From assembly GCA_035511075.1 (NCBI GenBank), contig DATKFW010000034.1:45839-109838 (forward strand): 64,000 bases of DNA. The letters are read 5' to 3'. The position numbers and the translations under genes are program-made. The notes under the pieces are model-generated. The model ran no database searches. It was not told where the DNA came from and was given only the letters and a program-made list of their open reading frames with translations. This DNA comes from Vulcanimicrobiaceae bacterium (GTDB lineage Bacteria > Verrucomicrobiota > Verrucomicrobiia > Limisphaerales > Palsa-1400). Positions 1-7,295 of the stretch are shown one piece after another (position 1 is the first letter of the stretch; every line of letters begins with the position of its first letter).

Positions 1-702
1 CAATCCCTCGACCAACCCATCTGTGCATAGCAAAAATTGATCACCAACCTCGTACCCGACAGCGCCCACCTGCGGCGCCACAAACTGATTGCCGCCGCCC
101 AGGGCCTTTTGGAGCAGGTTGCGCCGCGGATGCCCGCGCGCTTCCCGTTGATTGATCCTGCCATTCCGCAACAGCCAGCCCACATGGGTATCGTCTTCAG
201 TTAGCTGTTTGATCGCCCCCGTCTGAGCGGGCAGATAATAAATGCGGCTGTCGCCGATGTGCCCAAAATACATCTGCCCCGGCGTGAACCAGCACAGGCT
301 CAACGTGGCTTCCATCCCCGAACATTCCTCGTAGCTCCTGCCTATGTGCGCCAGCGCCTCGTGCACCTGGGCGAAAAGCTCCTCCAACACGTCGGCAAAT
401 CCGGCCTCTAATCCGACCGCCGATTGGCGGTACGACCGCGGAAGCAGCGTCGTGATTTTTTGCACCGCGATCCGGCTGGCATGTTCCCCCGCCATCGCCC
501 CTCCCATCCCGTCGCTCACCGCGAATGCAAAGTCCAGGTGCCCGCTCGCCCCCTCCCCCACGGCTCCCAGATGGTGAACCTCCCGTGCGTCAAACTGCAA
601 GCCAATGAAGGCGTCCTCGTTGTTGGGCCGGACCGGCCCGCGATCAGTCCGCGCGGACCATTGCAGGCCCTTGGAAGTTGCGGTATGGCGGGAATGTTCC
701 AT
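1..702 (-). CDS. PP2C-family (PPM) Ser/Thr protein phosphatase; the 3' end runs off the window
   Basis: Absent from the ORF track because it has no stop in the window. My translation from ATG at 702..700 gives MEHSRHTATSKGLQWSARTDRGPVRPNNEDAF...FAVSDGMGGAMAGEHAS...MEATLSLCWF...GHIGDSRIYYL...LTEDDTH...FLLCTDGLVEGL. These are the canonical PP2C motifs (R..NED, DGMGG, GDSR.Y, LCSDGL-like). It starts 12 nt after the stop of the upstream kinase-like gene. Confidence 0.85.
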   Translation of the reverse strand, partial: MEHSRHTATSKGLQWSARTDRGPVRPNNEDAFIGLQFDAREVHHLGAVGEGASGHLDFAFAVSDGMGGAMAGEHASRIAVQKITTLLPRSYRQSAVGLEAGFADVLEELFAQVHEALAHIGRSYEECSGMEATLSLCWFTPGQMYFGHIGDSRIYYLPAQTGAIKQLTEDDTHVGWLLRNGRINQREARGHPRRNLLQKALGGGNQFVAPQVGAVGYEVGDQFLLCTDGLVEGL

Positions 703-714
703 CTCGGCGCGCGG

Positions 715-1137
715 CTACTCGAAACCCGGAAGGATGGTCGCAAGCTCAAAATCCACCACGCAGAAACGACCATCGGACTGTCGATAAGTCACATTGCGAA
801 TGTCGGGGTCGTCGTGCCTCACTCCGTAGGTTTCCAATTCGGCGAACAGTTCCCGAGCCCGTTCCGCGTCCAGATGCTCCACGCGCGTGCCGCAGTTGGT
901 GGTGATAATGCGCAGCTTCACCGGATCGGCCTCAAGCAGCCGCGGCACGAATCCGCACCCGCGGGCCTCCAGAAGCCGCAGCACGCGCACTTCTTTTTTG
1001 AAGCGCTCAGGCGCGTCCAAGCCGTGGTACGTCTTGTACACCCGTCCGTCGAAACTCGCCTGGACGGTCGCCCTGAGCGTATCCTTCACCTGCAACATGC
1101 CAATCGGAAGCGTGCCTCGCCGCCGCACTTCCGTCAA
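715..1137 (-). CDS. Minimal protein-kinase-like fold protein (RIO/Bud32/Kdo-kinase-like), 140 aa
   Basis: ORF track 715..1137. Candidate beta3 Lys in GRVYKTY, alphaC Glu in FKKEVRVLRLL, catalytic-loop-like GVRHDDPDIRNV (H.D....N), and metal-binding CVVDFELA (DFE in place of DFG). The protein ends 10 aa after that motif. Confidence 0.6.
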   Translation of the reverse strand: MTEVRRRGTLPIGMLQVKDTLRATVQASFDGRVYKTYHGLDAPERFKKEVRVLRLLEARGCGFVPRLLEADPVKLRIITTNCGTRVEHLDAERARELFAELETYGVRHDDPDIRNVTYRQSDGRFCVVDFELATILPGFE

Positions 1138-1298
1138 TTGATCAAGAGCGGCAGGAAATGCGCAGTACGAGCAAATAAATACAGCGCCTTGTCCTCATCT
1201 CCAAACCGGACCAGCGCAATCCGGCCCAGCGGATTCCCCTGTGTCAGCAGGCCATGCGAACAATTTCGCGCCGGTTTTACTCCGGCATTTTTGTCAAA

Positions 1299-1314
1299 TG
1301 GCACTCTGCCTGCT
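1299..1314 (+). promoter_or_regulatory. Sigma-54 (-24/-12) type promoter upstream of glnII
   Basis: TGGCACtctgcCTGCTt matches TGGCAC-N5-TTGCW with GG and GC at the correct 10-nt spacing. It lies about 100 nt upstream of the glnII ATG and is followed by an AT-rich leader. Confidence 0.55.
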
Positions 1315-1411
1315 TAAGTCGGTGCGATTAACGATCAAGCAAAAAATATTAAGAAATAATTAAAATAATCGGCGCTTCAGGAACCGATCAAACCACATTG
1401 CATTAACATCT

Positions 1412-2437
1412 ATGGCGAAATATAAACTCGAATACATCTGGCTCGACGGCTATGAACCCGTCCCGAATCTCCGCGGCAAAACTCAGATCAAGGAGTTCAA
1501 CAGTTTTCCCGCGCTTGAAGAACTCCCCATGTGGGGCTTTGACGGCAGTTCTACCCGGCAGGCCGAAGGCCACAGTTCGGATTGCCTCCTCAAGCCCGTC
1601 GCAGTCTATCCCGACGCCACCAAGAAGAACGGCGCCCTCGTCATGTGCGAGGTCATGATGCCCGACGGCAAGACTCCGCATCGGACCAACGGGCGCGCCA
1701 CAATTCTCGACGACCCGGATGCCTGGTTCGGTTATGAACAGGAATATTTTCTTTACAAGGATGGCGTTCCTCTGGGTTTCCCCAAAGGCGGCGGTTTCCC
1801 GCCTCCGCAGGGCAAGTACTACACGGGCGTCGGCTATGACGCGGTTGGCAACATCGCCCGTGAGATCGTCGATACCCATCTGGAGCTTTGCCTCGATGCC
1901 GGCATCAACCACGAGGGCATCAACGCCGAGGTCGCCAAAGGCCAGTGGGAATTCCAAATCTTCGGCAAAGGCTCCAGGAATGCCGCCGATCAGATGTGGA
2001 TCGCCCGTTACATTCTCATGCGCCTTTGCGAAAAATATTCTGTGGACGTCAATCTTTACTGCAAGCCCCTCGGCGCGGACGTGGATTGGAACGGTTCCGG
2101 GATGCATTCGAATTTTTCGACCAAATACATGCGCGAGGTTGGCGGCAAGGAATACTTCGAGGCGCTTATGGCTGCCTTTGACAAATACAAAAACGAGCAC
2201 ATCGCGGTTTACGGCCCGGACAACCATCTCCGCCTCACCGGCTTGCACGAGACGCAGTCCATCGACAAATTCAATTACGGCCTGGCAAACCGGGGCGCCT
2301 CCGTCCGCGTGCCCCACAGCTTCGTCAACAATGGCTACCGCGGCTACCTGGAGGATCGCCGGCCCAACTCCCAGGGCGACCCCTACAAAATTGCCAGCCG
2401 CATCCTGCAGACCATCGCCACTGTGCCAAAAAAATAA
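1412..2437 (+). CDS. glnII: Glutamine synthetase type II (eukaryote-like GSII)
   Basis: 341 aa. N-terminus MAKYKLEYIWLDGY..PNLRGKTQIKEF...WGFDGSSTRQAEGHSSDC is the characteristic GSII start; length fits GSII. Confidence 0.93.
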   Translation: MAKYKLEYIWLDGYEPVPNLRGKTQIKEFNSFPALEELPMWGFDGSSTRQAEGHSSDCLLKPVAVYPDATKKNGALVMCEVMMPDGKTPHRTNGRATILDDPDAWFGYEQEYFLYKDGVPLGFPKGGGFPPPQGKYYTGVGYDAVGNIAREIVDTHLELCLDAGINHEGINAEVAKGQWEFQIFGKGSRNAADQMWIARYILMRLCEKYSVDVNLYCKPLGADVDWNGSGMHSNFSTKYMREVGGKEYFEALMAAFDKYKNEHIAVYGPDNHLRLTGLHETQSIDKFNYGLANRGASVRVPHSFVNNGYRGYLEDRRPNSQGDPYKIASRILQTIATVPKK

Positions 2438-2620
2438 TCACCTTTCACTCAACGGGCCGATCATTTACTGGCTGCGACCTTTAATTGGAACTCCGAGAGG
2501 TTCCAAAGGCCCCAGCCAGTGTGATTTTGGGCGCCGGTCCGCGCAGCGTTTGCCGCGTTCCGGTCCCCCAATATGGAGCGTTGCGCAAACCGGTTGGATG
2601 GGATATAGGAAAAGGGTTGG

Positions 2621-2692
2621 TGGCAATGGGGTTTGCCCGCTCGCCTGTGGCGAGAAAACCGCCTGATATTTCAGAGCTGATAACTCCTACCA
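2621..2692 (+). promoter_or_regulatory. Fluoride riboswitch (crcB RNA motif)
   Basis: GGCAAUGGGGUUUGCC ... AAAACCGCC UGAUAUUUCAGAGC UGAUAACUCCUACC matches the conserved GGCGAUGG.GUUCGCC / AAACCGCC / GCUGAUGA.UCCUAC core. GGGGU can form the pseudoknot with ACUCC. It sits directly upstream of crcB. Confidence 0.85.
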
Positions 2693-2722
2693 AGACACTG
2701 GTGTGTCGGCAGGAGTTTTTTT
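2683..2722 (+). terminator. Intrinsic terminator forming the riboswitch expression platform
   Basis: ACTCCTACC (2683..2691) pairs with GGCAGGAGT (2708..2716) with one mismatch. An inner GACAC/GTGTC stem extends it, followed by a T7 tract running into the crcB ATG at 2723. The left arm overlaps the riboswitch 3' pseudoknot strand. Confidence 0.75.
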
Positions 2723-3121
2723 ATGCTCGATTATCTGTTGGTCGGTTTGGGAGGGGCCATTGGAACGGTCGGACGATTCTGGTTGAACGGCGTTGTCTCC
2801 CGGCGATTCGGAGAAACGTTTCCCCTGGGCACACTCATTATCAATATCAGCGGCTCCTTCTTAATCGCTTTCTTCGCGACGATGACGGTCCCGGAAGGGC
2901 GCTGGATGGTGTCGCCCAGGGGCCGCATGTTTTTTATGACGGGCATCTGCGGCGGTTACACCACCTTCTCCTCTTTCAGTCTTCAAACACTTAACCTTGC
3001 TCTTGAGGGCCAATGGTTGTACGCAAGCGCCAATGCCGGATTGTCACTGGCGCTTTGTCTGGTGGCAGCATGGCTTGGCTATATTGCGGCCCTGAGTTTG
3101 AAATCAACGAAAGGACATTGA
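2723..3121 (+). CDS. crcB: Fluoride ion channel CrcB/Fluc
   Basis: 132 aa with motifs GGAIGTVGRF, GTLIINISGSF and TGICGGYTTFSSF. It is preceded by a fluoride riboswitch. Confidence 0.93.
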   Translation: MLDYLLVGLGGAIGTVGRFWLNGVVSRRFGETFPLGTLIINISGSFLIAFFATMTVPEGRWMVSPRGRMFFMTGICGGYTTFSSFSLQTLNLALEGQWLYASANAGLSLALCLVAAWLGYIAALSLKSTKGH

Positions 3122-3123
3122 TT

Positions 3124-3489
3124 ATGCACCTGCCCCATGAGGCGATGTTATTGCGAATTCTCATCGGTGAAAGCGACCGTTGGCAACACCAACCCCTCTA
3201 CGAAGCCATCGTCCTGAAAGCGCGCGAGACTCACATGGCGGGCGCCACCGTGCTGCGCGGGCCGATGGGATATGGAAAATCGAGCCGCTTGCACACGTCC
3301 AAAATTCTACGGCTTTCCCTCGACCTGCCCATTGTCATCGAGATCGTTGACAGCGAGGAAAAAATCAACGGCTTTCTCCCCATCATCGACGAAATGTTGC
3401 AAGGCGGCCTGGTGACGTTGGAAAAGGTCAGGGTCATTGATTATCGTGCCGATCAAGAAAACGCCATCGGCGCCGAAGAGCCTACGTAA
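3124..3489 (+). CDS. DUF190 (PII-like fold) protein commonly linked to crcB
   Basis: In-frame ATG at 3124, 2 nt after the crcB stop; the longer track ORF starting at 3013 overlaps crcB. MHLPHEAMLLRILIGESDRW..PLYEAIV..AR...MAGATVLRG..GYG is the DUF190 pattern. Confidence 0.8.
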   Translation: MHLPHEAMLLRILIGESDRWQHQPLYEAIVLKARETHMAGATVLRGPMGYGKSSRLHTSKILRLSLDLPIVIEIVDSEEKINGFLPIIDEMLQGGLVTLEKVRVIDYRADQENAIGAEEPT

Positions 3490-3513
3490 GCCTTCGCGGT
3501 AATATTCCGAGCC

Positions 3514-5022
3514 TCATCCTTCATAGCCGAATGCCCGGCAAAAAGGTTCCAGCGCCGGCAGAATCGGCGCCAGGTGCTTTTCATAAGCGCGCCACCGTCC
3601 CACCGAACGTTGATAAACCGGGCGCGTCACATCCTGGTAGGTCGGGGAGTAAAGTTGTCTGGCGCCGCTCTTTTCGTAAAATCGCTCCTGGTCCGGGTGC
3701 CATTGCAATCCAAGGAACTCCGTGACCCGGCGCCCCTCCCTGGGCAGATCGGCGACGATGTCCTCATACCGCGTTTGGATCCAGGCAAACCCCGGCCATT
3801 CGCGCACGGCCAGCCAGATGCCCATCAGGTCGGCGTAGTGTTTGGCCAGGCGATCCAGGGAAAGGAAATTCACGTTGGCCGAATTGAGCGGGATATTTTG
3901 AAAATAACAACTCAGCACCACGTCGCGCGGGTCGCGCAATGCGATAATGACGCGCAGTTCCGGAAAGACCCGCAGCCACAACGGCAGCCGGGACGTGGGC
4001 GACGGGTTCTTGTCAATAAGCATCTTTCCCGCGGCGTCCGTTCCCAGGTCGTCCCGCAAAGCCTGGATGTAGTGCCGGCGCAAGACATTGACCCGCGCGC
4101 TCGAAAGGTCGTTGGATTTGTGAAATTCCGGTTGCAGGACTTCCAGAAAGGCCGTCGGCTCGTCCAGCGCCGCCACGCCCGGATGAGCGTCGAGAATTTG
4201 CTCCAGCAGCGTGGTGCCGCTCCGGGGATGGCCGCCGAGAAAAGCCAGCGGCGGAATCGCCTCCCGTTTTGCCTCTGGAAAGTACTTTGCCCACGTGCCG
4301 AGAATGTCCTTCGGCTGGCTGGACGTGAACCGCCGCACGCTCTCGGCCTGTTGATCGTAGCCGCGCATGAGCAACCCGCTGTCTGTCAAACCGCGCACGA
4401 TCTCCTTCGCCTCAACCAGCAGGCGCATCGCCTGATCGAACCGCTCCGTGCGGTCCATTACCTGGGCCAATTCGTAGCGGACGGCGTATTGGACGTAAGG
4501 ATGTTTGGGCTTGGAGGCGATCAGGTCGCGCAACCGGCTTTCGGCCTCCTGCATCTTGCCTTCGCGCCGATCCAGCAGCGCCGAAAAATACCGCGCCTGG
4601 TCGTCTTGCGGATCGATCGCCAGACACTCGATGACGGCCAACCGGGCCTGGTCAACACAATTGGCCTTTTCCAGAAGGACCGCCAGGCTGATACGGGAGT
4701 TAATGTCGCGCGGGTCGCCCGCGGCGGCCCGGATGAAACAGGCGCGGGCCTTTTCCGGTCGGCGCGACGCCTCGTACTGATGGCCTACCAGTCCGATGAG
4801 TTCTCCGTTGCGCGGTTCCAATTCGATCGCTTTGCTCCAGGCGCGGTCCGCCAGTTCCATTTGGCGCGATTGAAGAGCGGCGTTGCCGCATTCATACCAA
4901 ACCACCGCCGCGCCAGGGTGTTGCCGGGTCAATTTCTCATAGAGCGCCAAGGCCCGCCCGGTATGGCCGGCGTGCAAAAGCTCACGTGCTCGATTGAGAT
5001 CGTTCTGGGCGTGGACGGCCAT
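3514..5022 (-). CDS. TPR-repeat protein with C-terminal sulfotransferase domain
   Basis: 502 aa. The N-terminal half has TPR-like repeats. The C-terminal half has PAPS-binding motifs GGHPRSGTTLLEQIL (5'-PSB) and ALRDPRDVVLS (3'-PB). Confidence 0.8.
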   Translation of the reverse strand: MAVHAQNDLNRARELLHAGHTGRALALYEKLTRQHPGAAVVWYECGNAALQSRQMELADRAWSKAIELEPRNGELIGLVGHQYEASRRPEKARACFIRAAAGDPRDINSRISLAVLLEKANCVDQARLAVIECLAIDPQDDQARYFSALLDRREGKMQEAESRLRDLIASKPKHPYVQYAVRYELAQVMDRTERFDQAMRLLVEAKEIVRGLTDSGLLMRGYDQQAESVRRFTSSQPKDILGTWAKYFPEAKREAIPPLAFLGGHPRSGTTLLEQILDAHPGVAALDEPTAFLEVLQPEFHKSNDLSSARVNVLRRHYIQALRDDLGTDAAGKMLIDKNPSPTSRLPLWLRVFPELRVIIALRDPRDVVLSCYFQNIPLNSANVNFLSLDRLAKHYADLMGIWLAVREWPGFAWIQTRYEDIVADLPREGRRVTEFLGLQWHPDQERFYEKSGARQLYSPTYQDVTRPVYQRSVGRWRAYEKHLAPILPALEPFCRAFGYEG

Positions 5023-5261
5023 GGTTCATGTTGGCGCAAGAGCGCACGCCGAAGGTGCCTCGCCACTGTGTCAGTCTCAAGACCCAAATCCTCCCCTCAT
5101 CCGAACTACCGGATTTTGGGTTGGCGTAAAAGAGCTTGACATCTCGCTCCCCTCTGTCATTGAATGTCACGCCCCAGGGTTCCCCGGGGCCATGTGTCCA
5201 TTGTGGTTGTCAGATAAACGGCTCGCTAAGAATCGAAGCTCAAAACAGACGATAAAGCCCT

Positions 5262-7271
5262 ATGAAAAAACTCCGTCGCTCTTCCCGCGTCTCCCTCGGC
5301 AAGAAAATTGCATGCACCGTCTCGGCGGCCGCCCTCATGCTGGGCGTTAGCTCTGCGGCCACAGTTGGATTGCACTTCCAGGAAAGCTACTGCAACGGCG
5401 CCGGCTTGCCCGACGCGGGGTACTCCGGATTTCCAGTGACCTTGACCGCCTTCGGGATTGAGTCCAACGGATGGGAGAACCTGCTCCCGATGGACACCGG
5501 CTACAGCGGTTGCTCCGGCCCTTTGGGTTACACCTTGGGCCCCGAGTTGATCGATACCACCACGGCCACCAACGGCCTCAATCCGCTGCCCAACGGGTCA
5601 ATCAGCGTGACTTGGTTCGGTCCAACGGCCAATTTTGACCCGTTTTACGGATACGCCGGATCTCCACCCTACTACACAGGAGGCGGAGGGCTGACTAATC
5701 CCAAGAGCGGTGAGCAAGAGATTTATGCCACATTTATACGGGATGGCATCAATTTCGGCCCCACCTCCAGCGGGGGTGACAATGACCAACCCGGTTACTA
5801 CGTGGATATTACCGGATTGAAAAGTCTCTTCACAAACTCTCCATTCGTGGTCGAATTGATGGCCTCTGGCGATTCCGTTGAAACGATCACCAATGCGTAC
5901 GTCATCGATGTCGCAGATTCAAAAACCAATCTCGTGGGCTACACCAACACCCCTCCCGTGAATAACACTGAGAATACGGCGTATTATCAAGGAACAGGCG
6001 GTGGGCTAAGCACCGGCAGCGCCCCTTTCACCAATATTGATGAAATCAAAATCATGAGCGTTCAGCCCGTGCATGTCGCCGGCGAATATAACCATGCGGG
6101 CACCATTTCCGGATTCATCCTGACAGACAAGCCGGTGGTGTCAATGAGTCCTCAACCGATCCCTGTCGCCGGTCCCGGAGATTCGGTCACCTTGAGCGCT
6201 TATGCCATCGGTGTGCCGCCCCTCTCCTACCAGTGGCGTCTCAATGGGGTCGGTATCGCCGGGGCAACCACTACCTCTTATGCCATTTCCAATGTGACCC
6301 TGTCTAGCGGCGGAAATTTCGATCTGGTTGTCACCAATCTCTACGGCGCCGCCACCAGCAAGGTTTCAACCGTGACCGTGGATCTTCTCACCCAGGTTCC
6401 GGCCTACGACCTTGTTTATGATTCCAATCCTACCAACGCCCAAAATGACGGCGTGGACATGGGAGCGACCTGGCTGGCTTCCAATTCCGATGGAACGATC
6501 ACCCGCACTGGCGTCATGTCCTTTGGGGCGGCCGAGACCAACGGCATCTCCGTTACCGACAGCACCAACTTCAATGACTCCACCGGGACGGTCTCATTCT
6601 GGATGCGCGCGGCCGTCAACAACAGCGCGGGCAGCGGAGCCTCGATTTTTTGCCGTCCCACCGGCACCGCCGCCGACGACTTTATACTCTATCAAGGCCC
6701 CGGAGCGCCGGGAAATCTGGATTTCCAAGCTCCCACCGGTTCAGGCGTTTCGTTTGTTTCCTCGGCGGCGGTGGGCGATGACGACTGGCATTTCATCGCG
6801 CTGACCTTTGACCAATCGGCCTCTGGCGGCGTGGCCTTGTACATCGACGGGAATTTGGACACAACCAACGCCAATGGCGCTGCCTGGTCGTGGACGAGTG
6901 GGCAGCCCCTTCAGTTTGGTTACAGCTCGGACCCGACGTGGACCGCCTACAACGGTTTGCTAAGCGACGTTCGCTATTACAGCACCAATTTGACAGCCAG
7001 TCAAATCAGCACAATCTTCAAAACCGGCGCGCTCGTGGACACGACCGACCTTCAGATGCTGTTCCAATTTGCTGCCCCTCCGGGCAACGGCTTTGTGCTC
7101 AGTTGGCTGGAAGGCTCCGCCATCCTGCAATCGGCGCCCACCCTCCTGGGCCCTTGGTCGGATGTCAATGGGGCAACCTCGCCTTACACTATCGTTCCAG
7201 CGGAATCCCAACAGTTTTTCCGCTACAAGTACACGCCTCAATCATTGTTCAGCAACCCGTATTTGATGTAG
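5262..7271 (+). CDS. Secreted protein: unknown N-terminal domain + Ig-like domain + LamG (concanavalin A-like lectin) domain
   Basis: Signal-peptide-like N-terminus. Ig-like unit with PPLSYQWRLNG. LamG pattern GTVSFWMRA...DDWHFIALTFD...LYIDG...LSDVRYY. The C-terminal module is shared with the protein at 50520..52871. Confidence 0.75.
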   Translation: MKKLRRSSRVSLGKKIACTVSAAALMLGVSSAATVGLHFQESYCNGAGLPDAGYSGFPVTLTAFGIESNGWENLLPMDTGYSGCSGPLGYTLGPELIDTTTATNGLNPLPNGSISVTWFGPTANFDPFYGYAGSPPYYTGGGGLTNPKSGEQEIYATFIRDGINFGPTSSGGDNDQPGYYVDITGLKSLFTNSPFVVELMASGDSVETITNAYVIDVADSKTNLVGYTNTPPVNNTENTAYYQGTGGGLSTGSAPFTNIDEIKIMSVQPVHVAGEYNHAGTISGFILTDKPVVSMSPQPIPVAGPGDSVTLSAYAIGVPPLSYQWRLNGVGIAGATTTSYAISNVTLSSGGNFDLVVTNLYGAATSKVSTVTVDLLTQVPAYDLVYDSNPTNAQNDGVDMGATWLASNSDGTITRTGVMSFGAAETNGISVTDSTNFNDSTGTVSFWMRAAVNNSAGSGASIFCRPTGTAADDFILYQGPGAPGNLDFQAPTGSGVSFVSSAAVGDDDWHFIALTFDQSASGGVALYIDGNLDTTNANGAAWSWTSGQPLQFGYSSDPTWTAYNGLLSDVRYYSTNLTASQISTIFKTGALVDTTDLQMLFQFAAPPGNGFVLSWLEGSAILQSAPTLLGPWSDVNGATSPYTIVPAESQQFFRYKYTPQSLFSNPYLM

Positions 7272-7295
7272 CTTGAGTTGGTTGGGTGAGTCAAC

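Noticed and set aside
424-1317. 297-aa plus-strand ORF spanning the first 1.3 kb
   Set aside because: It is antisense to two minus-strand genes with clear PP2C and kinase-like motifs, and its own translation is low-complexity Arg/Pro/Ala-rich with no recognisable motif. This is a typical high-GC antisense ORF.
3574-5139. 521-aa plus-strand ORF
   Set aside because: It is antisense to the TPR-sulfotransferase gene, which has clear PAPS-binding motifs. The antisense product is Arg/Pro/Gly-rich with no motifs.
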